This document shows positions 49,527 to 63,471 of a DNA stretch of 64,000 nucleotides, in pieces. This DNA is from Calcarisporiella thermophila CBS 279.70 (taxonomy: Eukaryota; Fungi; Calcarisporiellomycota). A model generated the notes under the pieces. It saw only the letters and a list, made by a program, of their open reading frames with translations. It searched no databases and was not told the DNA's origin. Numbering within the stretch: position 1 is the first letter of the stretch; the number at the start of each line of letters is the position of its first letter. Position numbers and translations under genes: made by a program. The DNA lies in NCBI RefSeq assembly GCF_041956535.1, contig NW_027192203.1:248001-312000 (forward strand), read 5' to 3'.

Positions 49527-52500
49527 ATGAGCGGGAAACGACGAAAAAGAGAATCTACAAGGCACACCAGTTTTCCATATCAAGTAGGCATTTTCTCTGA
49601 TTCACTTTATGTATTGATTACAGTTCCAAGTAAATTTGATTGACTACTGATAGAATGAGGCACTTGTCTGGAATGAGGATCATACCAGAAATGAAGCGGG
49701 AGTATACTGTTACTGTGGAAAAGATTACAAAGAGTAAATATAGGCGATACAACAGTGATTCTGAATGTTTATTCATAATGTTTGTTCTACCTATAGCACG
49801 GAAATAATGTTGCGTTGCAAGCACTGCAGACAACTTTTCCATCCTGGTGAGCCTCTACTCTTTGCTTCTTTATTGCAAACACACATTAAATCAGTATTGA
49901 ATTTTTTATAAGACTGTGTCCAATGTCTTCCCAATCCACCCTTGCATGGCGACTCCTTTTATGAGTTCACGTGTTCAGTATGCACTAAAGGCACCGAGCA
50001 CTACCATAGATTGCCTATGAGCTGGTAAACAACCCAAATATTCACCATAAAATGAGGTTTACTCCGATGAGCTCACTATCTGATACGAAATATTTTAGGA
50101 TGGTGGCCGTTCATCTTGTGATTTATCATTTGATGAAGTCATTTCCAGAGAAAGAATATTTCCGTTGGAAAGAAGATATTTGTGCGCTAATAGATGAATA
50201 TTGGGATTTCCTCGTTCCTGGGAAAGCCAGTTAGTCTACTTTTTTGCTCCTCGAGCATTGATGCAATCTATCTCATTTTTTTGTTTTATTATTTTTAGAA
50301 TCACAAACATGGCATAATACGGTAGCAAGCGCATTATCGACTCATAGCTCCATTTTTATGTCCGGCTACGAAAAGCAGAAGCAAGCTGGTATTCTATTAG
50401 ACTTTTTACATAATGCTCCACAAGATCTCTTATTCATTTACATATAGGCTGGTGGAAACTGAGGGAATGTCGTCCTCCTGAGAAAGGTAGCTAGGTTAGA
50501 ATATTTTTCAAACCTTGCATCTCCACTAACACCATCGCATTTTGGAAGGTGTCAAAAATAAGTCGGGAAGATCCACAAAAATCTCCACTCCATCCCGTTC
50601 GCACTCAACACCTAACAAACGTGCCAATCCTGTCCCCAGCACAAGTGGGGTATGTTATTTTCCCCCCATTTCCTTAGTTGATATATTGATTTTCCACTGA
50701 TCGAACTACCGATTTCAGAATAATGACAGGGACACAATTTCAGTAGAAGAGCAGAAATCTCCACCCTCTTCTTCAATCAATCAGCCTATCGGCACTCCTA
50801 ATCAGAGCCAACATACTAGGAGAGAAATATCCTCATTTTTTGAGGGTTGCGCTGAGGGCGCCTCAACTCCAATTTTATTTGACAACTTTGATCCTTCCCA
50901 GCTCCTTTCAGGCTCTGATTCTCCCGAGTTTCGCTCAAAACTGATATCGGCGAATAAGCAGGATACCGCCGTAAGTTTACCCTTTTCGTAAGCGAGAGTC
51001 ACATTTTGTCTTTACTAACTCATGTTCTCACTACAAAACAGGCCAAGAGAATAAAATTTGAAATGCACGAGAAAGAAGAAGAAAAAGATGCTGCAGAAAT
51101 TGTGGAGGCCAATATCCCTTTGGGGCCTGCTGAGCCAAAAATAGTCGAGAATTTGGCTGTAAACAGTACACCATCTCTAAATCAGGAAAAATCCGAGAAA
51201 TCACAAAATGTTGTGGAGAATGCAGCTGAAAGCAAATCAGAGAACAGTGATATGGTAAGGATTGGACTAAAATGTCGCCTATTTATTAGTGACTTACCTG
51301 CTATTCATAGAGCAATAACAAAGAAAAAAAGTTACAAGCAACTCCTAAGGAAAAGCGATTAGCCATTGGTCAGCAGGAAGAATGGGAAATGTTGCAGAGG
51401 TTGGAAAATGCTCGCAAGCCTCTCTGTGCCCGAGCCTCTAGACTTCGTAGAAAACTCCAGTTACGCAGAGTGAGTTTGCTACAAGACTTGAGGTATTGTG
51501 TAAAAGTTCATTTATTGTTGGGAATTCATATAGATGAAACGCTCCCTTGGACTTAAAATTTTCGACTTGGATGCTCTCGTGACAACCCATTTGCGTTCCC
51601 CACACGAATTAGAGCCAATAATATTTTCAGCAAAGCAACCTCTATCAACAGAGATCCTAGCCAAACAACTGGAAGAACATACGAAGGTAATGATAAAAGT
51701 TTATTGCCAATGTTATACATGGAATTCTCTCTAACTTTGCTTCGATAAGACAATCACTAATACACCATACGCGAACTCCTTTTTGTCTCGTCTGTATGGA
51801 TCACCCCATCTTTCAAGTTCCCTCACATCAGATGAAGCCTGGACAAGTCCTTATCTTGGACGCAAACTTCGACCATTTATACGACGGGATTATGAAATAA
51901 GGCCTCCAAAAATGGCTCTTTTACAGGATATAATTAGCTACTCGCATCGGTAATCAGGCTTTTTTTTTTACATTGATATACAGGTATGTTTGTATGTTTA
52001 CATGAGCCTAATTATTCATCTAGGCATGACCCAGAATGGATCCCACCTCCATTGCCCCCAATTGATTATTGCTATATACAACGAGAGCACCTAACTCAAG
52101 TGAACTCGTTACTCTGTCGTTGCCTCTGGCCTGGGATTGATAGTGAGTAGCCATATTAATATACGACTGAAAATGATACATGTTTATATAAATCCGCAAA
52201 TTTAGTTTCAGAGGCACTCTTATTCCAAGACTTTAGCATTGTGGCTCTTTATAAGCGATTGGTGATTGGATGCGCCTTTATGACACCCGAGGGCTATGTG
52301 ACGTATATTGCCGTGGCACCTGGATGGGATAGAGTAGGTATAGGCCAATTCATGTTATACCACTTGTTACAAACGGCAATGGGGAGAGATCTTACACTCC
52401 ATGTATCAGCAAACAATCGTGCAATGCTACTTTACCAAAAATTCGGTTTCAAACCAGAGGAATTTATCGTGAACTTTTACGATAAATATCTACCCGAGGG

Positions 52501-52546
52501 AAGCATTGAGTGTAAAAACGCCTTTTTTTTGCGACTTAGAAGATGA
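49527..52546 (+). CDS. KAT14: KAT14/CSRP2BP (ATAC2)-like acetyltransferase: PHD-like finger + winged helix + GNAT
   Basis: N-terminal YCYCG...MLRCKHCRQLFH..C...GD.FYEFTCSVC..G.E...R..MSW, then LRPFIRRDYE.RPPKMALL and PIDYCY. C-terminus VALYKRLVIGCAFM...GIGQFMLYHL.QT..G.DLTLHVSANN.AMLLYQKFGFK.EEFI.NFYDKY...C..AFFLRLRR, as in animal CSRP2BP. Confidence 0.88.
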
Positions 52547-52740
52547 TCTTTTGTTATATAATGGCACTTTTTATCCAACGCGCATATAAAATAATTGTGA
52601 AATTTTATGGAATTCTACTCTTACATAAAATACAGGTTTAAACAATAGAGAGGCGGACATTCTAAATGCAGAATAACAGAATAAAAGTATCAAAGAAAAT
52701 AACGGGAGGAAGCCAAGACAATATCAGGATGAATCGCAGT

Positions 52741-54172
52741 TTATATCCCAGAAGAACTATCGGTTCCAGCAGAACTCCCGACTAAAGAGCTTGAGTTGGT
52801 CCTTGGCATTTCAAGCACTAGCCTATCTTCTACCATTTGGGTATGGTCATTGTCGTCCTCAAAGCGTAACTGATAATGACCAGGCTTGCTTTTATTCTAT
52901 AATTTGAAAATTAAATCATACCCGCTTAGTTCAACACTTGCTTTCATTAAATATTACAACACAATATATACCTTGCTGGGGGGCGTGATGACTTTGGCTT
53001 TATAAAAGCATGTAGTTGAAGGATAAAGAGCAAGAACATCACTCCCCGCTGCGAATTCAGGGTAATCTTCGTTTTCATTTGGAATTGGTAGAACATGCCG
53101 AGGATTAAGCATATATTTACTAACATAATAAACAATATAGTCAGCAAAAATCCATAAATGAGCATAGGCAATAAAACTTACGCATGATTTCCATTATCAT
53201 CTGGATCCGTATCTTGAACATGATACCTGTAGTAAAAAAGTTGAGAACATATTTATGTATAAAGAGCAAAGCAAGGAAAACCCACTTGTTCTTGTCAGAG
53301 TTAAAATCAAGAACGACTGCCTTAATCCATTCTTCCGTCTTGTCAAATTTCTTTGATATTTTTGCAGCCACCTGGGATGAATCGAAAAATTAGTAACATT
53401 TCGGTTGCAATGTAATAATAATGGTAATACCTCGCGCCCCTTTGGAATAATGCCATTTTCTAGGGAAGAATATCTTGTAGTTTTTGGTACGATGAAGATG
53501 TCGTCAGTAAAAGGGAAATATCGTAAAGATTTAATTGAGCATACCTTTGACTTTTTCCGTTGCTCACACTTGAGTCAGAATCGCCTTTTCGTTTCTTGCG
53601 TTTGGTTTCCACTGCAGAATAAAGGGAATTATAGATCAAAACTACTCTTATATTGCTTTGAGTTATCGTTAGTATACCTGAGGGATTCTCTGCCGCATTT
53701 TGAAGAGCACAAAGGATGGATATATTTTCATGCACCGCGGAAATACTCCTATAGCAAACGGGGTATAAGCTCAACGAAATCTTTGGGCACGTATAAATTC
53801 AATGTTCACTTTTTTTCGGAAGTAGATAGCTCGATTCCTTGCTTGTAAAGCTGGGTTAATTTTGTAACAATAGAAGCTTGTGAAACTACAACAATTATAC
53901 AAATTTTAGCCAAAAATTTAAAGATTTCGAGTTAAATCTCTTGAAAACGGATAGTATAAGTCATGGCTGTATTTGCTTTTTGAATCAAAATTACCTTCTC
54001 CATTCTCTAGCGAATTGTGGAATTTGTTAACACTACCGAGCACAATGTCAAGTTCGCGCTGGATCGAGTCTAATTTCTGCATTTCTAGACATATTTGTCG
54101 CCATACTTGTGTTTCTCCGTTGTCCTCAATGGTATTATTAAAAGGACGATTACGGTTCTTTCTCTCCGACAT
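52741..54172 (-). CDS. SGF29: SAGA/ATAC-associated factor 29 (coiled coil + tandem Tudor)
   Basis: N-terminal coiled coil, then VAAKISKKFDKTEEWIKAVV...YEVQDTDPD...VLALYPSTTCFYKA...YQLRFEDD. Confidence 0.9.
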
Positions 54173-54606
54173 CACGGCGATTGAATTGAGAAATCTCAAG
54201 ACACGAAGGTATTAAATGTTATGTGGCTTATCCATATTGTATTAGGAAATGTAATGAAGTTTGATACTAAACACTAATTAGGAAGGAAGCCATTGCAAAT
54301 TGGATGCAGCCTGATATACACCAAGACATAAAAGTGTACCGAAGAAGGGATATGCGCAGTATTTTAATGAGTTGATATACTACTTCAGTCGTTTGAGTTC
54401 ATTCTCAAGTTATGAAACGAGATATGTTTTCAAGTGATTGCGCTATTTAAGCTGGCGGGTAATGGACCTGGTAGAATATTTGACGACTTGGCATACTTCG
54501 GTGGAAAAAAGGAAAATCAATTGAGAAACTCAGGTTATTTTTTACAAGGTAAATCCAGTAATGCTGAAGAGGGCAAAAATGGCAAAGAAGGCAGAATGAA
54601 TGAAAA

Positions 54607-55893
54607 CTATGCTTGAGTATCAGTGTCCTTTTCAGAAGGTTCCTCGACAGAGTTTTCGTTGGCCTGATCCGAACCTTGTTCTGCTCCCGGAGCAATTGAA
54701 CCCGTGGTCGCAGTTAATAGCGCTGTAGGGGCAGAAACACCCTGATTGATCAAATTGTTTGCAACACTAGTCAAGCTATTCCCAAGCCCAAAAAGGAACC
54801 CCCTTGCAATATAGAGCAGATGTTAATAAAAGAATATTTGAGGGCTAAATTTAAAAAGAGAGCATACATGTACTTATCGTCGTTAATTTTACCATCAAAG
54901 AATGTCTGGCGCATCTTGAAAAATGTAGTACATGTTAACAGACTATCACTTCCAGCTTGATGTTGCGGTCCAAGTCGCGTAACCTTCGGGAAAAAAAAAG
55001 TTATAAAAAGCCTTCTGAATTTGTTCAATTCCTATACCTGTAAATCATCAGCAACATCTTGTAAGCCGCCCTTAAGGTTCTTGCAACTCTTCATCAAGTA
55101 TTTTATATCATATATGCATGGGAAATAGATACGCAACAATTCGAAAAATTCGGACTCTTCTGCAGGAAGGGGCGCACACGAAAGTACTTTAATCAGATAC
55201 CCAAAATCATAGCCGCTATTTAATGCAATATAGAGGTAGAGAGATATTATCAAAATAAATTAGATCAACTCATTAAGAATAAAAAAAGCCTAAAATTACC
55301 TATGAAATGATATCCATTTAACTTCATCAGTTAGCACCAAACCTGAGCTTGTCAGCAGTTCACCAAAATGTTGAACATCAATTCCATTTTCTTCGTGTTT
55401 TTTGAAGTCCAATCCGGATTTTGTTAATAAATCGATGGAATCAGGTGCATACATATCATTACTAACAAGAAATAGCGTCAATAAAGCTTCACAAGAAAAA
55501 CTGTCATGAATATACATACGAGAGATCGAACTTGAAATTGAATTGCCAGGTGCAAGTGTCCTTGGGCATATTTCCATTTTCATCAGCAAAAGTAATTCCA
55601 AGCTGAATAATCTTTAACAAATCGACATTCGCACGCAAAGTCTGGTAATGATAGTCAGAGGAAGATTGAAACTTGCCGATGGGCCGAGCAACTACACCGG
55701 GAAACTCAGTGTCCTGTAAAATAAATATTAGAAGTAATTAGATTGAATGAATAAAAAGGATTTATATAAAAAAATACTATACCATTGCTAAGTAAGGGTA
55801 TTTATCCACCAGATCCCGAAGGATGGACATTTCTTCTTCAAGATTTTCCGCCCATACCTCCTTAATTATATATTTACTGTCTGCTCCCGGCAT
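54607..55893 (-). CDS. CAF1: CCR4-NOT deadenylase Caf1/Pop2 (CNOT7/8)
   Basis: [11 protein letters not shown]...YLAM|[39 protein letters not shown]|[22 protein letters not shown] (DEDD catalytic residues). Confidence 0.96.
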
Positions 55894-56009
55894 TTTTCAT
55901 CAATTCTATTAAAAAAAAAGAACTCAGGTTTGCTAGATACTGTAATAGTGGGTGTGGCTTAAATTTTTTATATATTGCATTTTCGCGCTCTTATTAAGTT
56001 AGTTTAACG

Positions 56010-59000
56010 ATGGCAAACGATTTCAACAGTCCAGTAGATGTAATACGACAATTAAATAACCGCTCAGAAGTAATTAATACAATTTCATGGACTGTATTCA
56101 CAAGATATACTTATGGCACTAAAATCTTATGTTTGCTTTTAATCTATTCTTATAGCGCGATTTCAACTACGAAGATTCCGATACTTTTGAAAATGAGATA
56201 AATGAATTCTATGGATATCTCGAAATACCTCTATTATTAGAAAACAAAAAGGCGTTTGATGAAGGATTTAAAGAATGTGAGTTTTCTAATTAATCTTTGA
56301 CAATTTTTACTTATTGTATATCGGAATTTCCTAGCATGGATAAATAGTCCTTTGACCGAGAGGAGATCTCATATTGAGTTTCTCCTCGAACAACTTGAGC
56401 TTACAACTGCTGAAAAACGCCTTACTGCTGCAAAAAAGTTGGCATATATCGCTCACGGTAAGCCTGCACTTATTGTAGTATATTGACTCGGCATCCCTCC
56501 TAAGTTTGCATATTGCAATATTCGAATAGGTAACTTCGGAGAACTTAAAAAAAAAGAAGACCATATATCTTGGGTTATTGAAAATAATAAAACTTTACGC
56601 GATGCTGGTGCGCTTTTATCATATTTTCATGCTCTTAAAGTCGCGTCTTCTGTATACGACCATGCTAGGTAACTTCATAAATTTTGCCTGCCGGAATTTC
56701 CGGTGCCCAAGCTGTTCTTTTCTTTCAAAATTTACTTTTCTTCCTCTAAAATCTCATTAAATCTTCTGTATTGGCTAGACAAACTGGTGATTCCCTTCCA
56801 TCAAGTGGGCGGCAGCAAATTGTAAAAGAGGCTATTATGGAAATTGGATATTATCTCGGGCTGATATATATGCTGATTGAAGTTCACCGTGGGAACAGTA
56901 ATTTCGAGGAAGAAATAAGTAAGTACTTTAATCGTTGCACTTGTATTCATATGCTTTTGACCTTTTTTTTTTACAAATCACAATGTATTCTAGTGATTAC
57001 TGAGCCTCCATTAATATGTTATTTGTTTAATCTATTGGGGAAATTGAGAGATAGATCCATCAAGGGATATCCAATCAAAAAAGTAAGTGATTCTGATATC
57101 TTTGTGATCGTATGCATTTGGCTTAGGAAATAAAACCATTATTAATGAGTATACTCAACACGTAGCTACTACCTTTAATATGGAAAACCATGTTGGCTAG
57201 TTTTGGCGGTACAAGTGAGGCAGATAGGCTGAAAAATGCTGCACGAATTTGCAATGGGCTTCCGCCTTACATTGACAATGGTATTTCCCTGATTTTTATC
57301 TTAAAAATATAAGCTTGCTAAACTCTTTTATCCTATATAGCCTCTATTCCTAAATCACTTCCCAATGAAACATTAAATTTTCATAACGAAACTTCTCTGA
57401 GATATCCTGGTTACTCATCTCCGCCTTTTCCACCCTGCATCCCTCCGACACTACAAACATATCTTTCAAGCCATATGCATAAAAATGACATATCTACACA
57501 ACTAGGTAATGCTCCTCTGAGAACACGGCGTCAAAATACCACATCACCCGTTGTTTCCTTTCCTGTCTCATTAAATGCCCCAGCCGTTCCTAAAGCGGTT
57601 CAGGAGGCTGGAGCATTACTGACCGAAAATATGTATATTTCAACATCCATGTGGCAAACCATCCAAGAAACCGAGCTAATGGCTAAAGGTGCAACACAAG
57701 CCAATCCATCTAGTACAAGTGAACTTGACCCAGACAATCCTGAACTTGCTGCAGATATTAAGAAAATAGAGCGAGTTGAATTATTTTACGTAATAGGCAT
57801 TTTTTTTTTAGGAAATTTCAATGAGTATAACTTTGTTTATTTTATAGTATGAGATCCTCCCAAATTTGCAGAACATCCTGATCGTATTGTTAAAACTATT
57901 ACTAGCTACAGTAACAGGTTCTAACAATGCAACTACCAATGACAACAGCAAAGGCTCCAATGCAATTGGAAAATCCAATGAATCTGTTCCAGACAAGGGT
58001 AAATATAATAGCCCACTTTTATACTTTTCACTATTTAACGTTAATAATCATAATTAATAATAGCTCCTAATAATGTCGATCGCATTAATCCTATGCCCGA
58101 GGCTATGATAGATGAACTGGAAACTGCTCGGCAGCGTGAAATTACTACTAAGGCAGTCTCAGGGATTCTACTCCTATTACTTAAATTCACTAAAGTAAAT
58201 CGTAAGTTCTAATACTAGTTTACACTCTGGTATTTCTTAAAATATAAACTGATGTTACCTCCTTCGTCTTTGTAGATGTTTTAAAGTTCGAATATATCTG
58301 CCAACTTCTTGTTGACTCGAACTGCCTACTATTAATTTTGAAAATGTTTGGCCTCCAAGACATTCTAACAACAACATCTGCAAATAATGAAATTAAATCC
58401 ATGAAGTTAGTATTACTTTACTTTTTTTCTTTCTTCCTCAAAACTCACTTTTCGAATGGTAGTTTTTTTAATTTATGTACGAACAACATTTTGGCAAAGG
58501 CAGAAGTGGTTTCGGGAGGTGCTCAGCAAATTTTATCTGCATTTTTGCCTTCGAACGACATCACCCAGGATTCGACTCAAAATGAAACACGGCTCCAGAC
58601 TCAAACGTGCTGGCGTAACATGTTTTCCTCGATTAATTTTCTTCGTATTCTGCAGAAGCTGACCAAACGTAAAACAAATCGTATTCTTCATTTAATGGAG
58701 TTCAAAGCCTCGGTAATTCAAATATCTCCATTACTTCTTTTTTTATCTGTAATATTGAATTAGAGATGACATTATGGCTAGGTTATTTTGAAGCGAATTC
58801 TCAAAGTTTCGCAGCCCATGCTCGAGCTCTACACACTTAAGGTGCTTCGCAGTTTGGTACCTTACCTTGGTAGAAAATGGAGACAAAGTATGCACTTTTT
58901 TTACTGATTTAAGCCAAACAAAATGGCTGATTCTCTCTCTTTTATTAGATAATATGAAAGTGATCACAGCAATATTCATGCGGTGCAAACCAGAGTTGCA

Positions 59001-59491
59001 TGCCGACGACTATGGTACAGATTTTGACGTGAATGAAGCTATTGTAAGATTTGATTATACTAAATGAAACTTTTGAAACCAATAACATTGCTATATTGAA
59101 ATAGTTGCAAGACCAACGACTAAGGACCCTGATTAAGTCTTATAACGAGCGACTATATCCCGAAGTTTTTTCAATGCTTTCGTATGGTGATCAATCCAAT
59201 ACCCACCGTAGCGAAAACTTACTTGACTCTTCAAATCATTACACTTCCTATACAAATAATCCCGATGATTTTCCCTCCATGGCTCGTAAGATCCCCACGC
59301 CTATTTCAATTTACTTCTATTCCACCGACGCCCAACCGCTGGATGAGATATACCTGGAGTATGATCGGTTGGAAAAGAAGTTATTTTCCTTATCAGATCC
59401 TCTCAAACTGCAGAGTAGTTGGCAAAGTGAACCCTTTGAACTCATTGAAGCTAAGCTAAATGAGTATAGTAAAATCAAGCAAATTGAGTAA
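56010..59491 (+). CDS. FAR11: STRIPAK subunit Far11/STRIP1 (N1221 + DUF3402), many exons
   Basis: FNYEDSDTFENEINEFY, YPIKK|LLPLIWK, RVELFY, LQNILIVLLKLLL, RQREITTKAVSGILLLLLKF, CWRNMFSSINFLRILQKLTKRK..R, VPYLGRKWRQ. Confidence 0.92.
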
Positions 59492-59842
59492 TGACACATA
59501 CGAATTTTTAATGACAGATTTTGCTCGAATATTCTCTATGATATCTATCTCTAAATTCTTTTGGCTATGATATACCATCAGTTCTTCAAATTTTTTGTAT
59601 ATATTTTTTAGTATATCCGAAAGTTTTCAATATTATTTGCTCTGGCTCTCTTCTATCCCCTCCCCTCACCCTTTTTTTTTTTGATAGAAAAAGTCAAATA
59701 AGATTAAAACGTGATGGATTTTAGGCGAAATTATGAAATATAAATTGAAAGCAACTTATTATTGTATAGCAAAAATTTAGCTAACAGACTACTTATTTCA
59801 GAATAAAGAAAAGGAAATATGGCAATAAATCCTAGAGACTGA

Positions 59843-62800
59843 CTAAAGCTTTTTGTATATCTTTCTACCCTCAATTCGGAATCCTTGATCAGCGAATAGT
59901 CGCGATTGATAAAACGATGCTACATCAAATAGCTGATACTCGCGTGCGCGCGCCTCGAATTCTTCCTGGTCGAGATCTACTTCAGGAGGTACTTCGTCAC
60001 GATGGCTACGAATATGGTAATAACGCACTCTCTCGCGCACCATGCGAGTGAGTGTAAAGAGAAGAAGTTCTTCTTGATCACGGGCCTTATTAATGTATTT
60101 AGCGAAAGCCTATGTATTAATTAATATATTAACGATTAAAGAAACAATTTGATATATGTGAATGATATGCCAACTTTTCGATATCGTCTTGTAAGCGATA
60201 GTTTCTGAGCAGATATAAACGATTCAACCATGACCTGAATGGCAACGTTTACATCATCAGATCGCACGTCGTATCGAAGATGCATTCGAGCATGAGCCTC
60301 AGCCATTCGCAACATAGATTCAAGATGTCGCAGAGTAATAGGATTCGATCCAGTAGCCTAGTTTTAAATTGATAAATACCTTAAAGTTAAGATCATAGCA
60401 TTCTAAAAGTTACCAGAGATTCTCTACGCAGCTCAGCATATACATTCGACAATTTATCATCATCCGCTTGATTCAGTCGTGGATGTATTTTATCCCGCGC
60501 ATACATTATGTATTTACGGAGTAAGTCTTGAGGAATTATCTGATTTAATATGCATTGTTAGTTGGTGGCACTCAGGTATAGTTGTAAAGTAGTACCTACA
60601 TCTTCATCTTCAGCCCTATTATCTTGCACTGTGTCAGAGCTGGGATCATATTCAGGATGACTTCTAACGTGCGACGAAACGACAAATCTAGCAAGCACCT
60701 CATCGCCCAGAGGGTCAACAGTATCACGAACCACACACATGATATCAAATCGAGAAAGAATTGGCTCAGTAAGCTCTACGTTTTCCGCAAAGCTCCGAAC
60801 AGCATTATAACGACCATTGATTGGATTAGCAGCAGCGATAATAGCACACCTGGCCTGCAGGGTCGTAACAATTCCTGCCTTTGAAATTGATATGCTCTGT
60901 TGCTCCATAGCCTCATGTATACTCGTTCTGAACAAAAAGTATCAAATAGAATATATCAATAAAAATTTCACCGCAAAGCCGATTTTAAGTAGGAAATAAA
61001 TTGTGTAAATCGTAAACATACCTATCAGCATCGTTCATTTTATCGAATTCATCAATCAAGCAAACGCCTTTGTCGGCTAATACAAGTGCACCTCCTTCCA
61101 ATGTCCATTCTTTGGTAACAGGATCTTTACGCACAGCGGCGGTGAGACCAACAGCTGATGCACCTTGGCCAGTTGTAAAAACGGCACGGTGGGCAGTTTT
61201 CTCAATATATTTAAGAAACTGAGATTTAGCAGTACCAGGATCTCCGAGTAGCAAGACATTTATATCGCCACGGATCCGATGTTTGCCTTTGATATCTTTA
61301 GGAACACCGCCAAATAATGCTAATGCGATCCCTCGCTTGATATCTTCGTGTCCATAGATCGAAGGGGCGATACTCTTCATGATCTAAATATAATTGCGAT
61401 TATTATGTGTGTGTGGATCCGAAAAATAATAGTGAACAAACTCTTTTTCCAATCCGACGATCTTTAGCAAGCATTTGAATCTGCTTTTCATCATCCTCAG
61501 TTAAACGGAAACTTGCAAATAAATCTTCTTTTTTGCTAATGTGATTGGCCTCAATTATTGTCGCGAAAACTGGGAATCCATTTCTGATATTTAACGATGC
61601 TTCGAAGTTATTCCGATAGATACCAGTTACTTCCTATTTTTGGAGATAAAACAATAATAATCACCATAGATATAAATAAGAATAAAAAGTTTTGAATACT
61701 AACTATTTCTTCGCCTGGTTTCGCCGAATCAACCAAATCCCAAAGAAGTACAATTTCGCGATGGCGAGGTAAACGGCCAGCCGGAACAGTACCAGGACTT
61801 TCCTGAAGGGTCAGCTTCTGATAATTGCGGTACACAGTCTGGAAATAGGGTGTTCTCAAATTGTAAGTATAGAAATTAAAAGAATAGTAGGCAATCGTAC
61901 CTGCTCAGCAACAATTGAGAATGGCCCGCGACGAGCACAATTCGAACAGCGAGTAACTTTAGCTTCATTATTAGCGTCTTGGTAGATTGGGCCAAGAATA
62001 ACGCCACAGCCTCCGCACTCATATTTGACATATTTGAGCTGCGGAAAAACTACCGTTCTTCGTGTCACGACACCAGTTACTCGAACTAGACAATTGAGCT
62101 GAGATTGTCTTGAGAATCAATTCAAAATAGATTTATTAGCTTCGGACAGCAAATCTTGACATAATAAACAAGTCATACCTGAGATCTCTGAGCGAACATA
62201 CGGCTGGAAGATCAGTAATTCGAACATGAATCTCTGGATGAATTCGCTGATAAGCAGGATACTGAATTAAGGTAGTCTCCATTGCAACTTGATCAAATAT
62301 TTTGAGCATCTCCGTCGGTGAGTTTGCGAGAAAGTATGATAGAAGTGGTTTGCGATTTGCAAGGTGTAGGTAACACACTTCAAGACTTTCGGAATTAGCT
62401 ATTATAAATGAATAGTTGAATATGAATACCAAGCTTAAATGTTGAATAAATTAATATATTACTCTCTCCCAATGTTCGAATTCTTTCACCATACACCGAC
62501 GAACCCTTTTCATCGACATAGCTAAGAAGAAAATCTTTAAACTCTCTCCGTATGGTTCTACGTTGAGCGTCAAGTGAAATCCATTGGGAGATAGTGCTCG
62601 TCTTAACGTTTGAGAGCTCTTCTAAAGTCATTTCCGCCTAATATGGTAAAGCATACAATGGTGAAAATAAAGTGGAATTTTTCACCAAAAGTTAGATATG
62701 GTACTTCTTCAATATTATCCATCAGTATATCTTCAGATTCATGAAATATACGACGTCGATGTCGAATTTTTAATGGCTCTTCCGGTTCATCATCAAGATC

Positions 62801-63307
62801 CTCTAGAAAAGCGGCGGGAACTCTGCCCTCTCGTCTTAATCTCTCGTTGTCACGTCTATTTAAAATAGCATCAACTGCTTTGCGTTGTGATATGTCCATA
62901 GTGTCATATTCGTTTTCATCGAGTTCATCAAAATCGTAATTATCAAGTCTGACATCCTGTTTGTAATCACTGTAAAAATCTGTTAATATGAGATTATTTT
63001 GAATTTCATTTCAGAGCTGTAACACTTGCGTTTCCATCCCAGGCCCAAACAAATCTTCTCCTTCGTCCTCTTCCTCTTCTGGTTGTAACTCTTCAAGTTC
63101 GTCAATTGGATCATCGAATTCGCGGTATGCCTCCCCAAATGGTTGAGGTGAAGAGGGCGGGAGTGATGCCGCCGCGGGAGAAGAAATATCATGTGCAGAT
63201 ACAAGTGACCTCCTTCTTTTCCTACCGTCAGATGACTACAGGAGAATTAGCTAATGAAATCTAATATATAGCACTCTGTATGAATGCTTTGTAGACTCAA
63301 TTACCAT
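59843..63307 (-). CDS. MCM2: DNA replication licensing factor MCM2
   Basis: [53 protein letters not shown] (Walker A), [30 protein letters not shown]. The first exon is ATG only (63307-63305). Confidence 0.97.
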
Positions 63308-63367
63308 AGTTACGTATTGAATATAGAATCAAGAAATTTCAAAAAAATTTTAACAAAAAAAAAATCT

Positions 63368-63390
63368 AACGCGTTCGTGACGCGAAAAAA
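63368..63390. promoter_or_regulatory. MCB/SCB/E2F-like elements in the MCM2-SRP14 divergent promoter
   Basis: AACGCGTTCGTGACGCGAAAA contains ACGCGT and CGCGAAA. Confidence 0.65.
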
Positions 63391-63471
63391 AATAATGACG
63401 TAAACAAAATTTTAAAAAGGTCAATTTCAAAAGGTAGGAATAGATTTTAGACCGAACATATAAACTACAAG

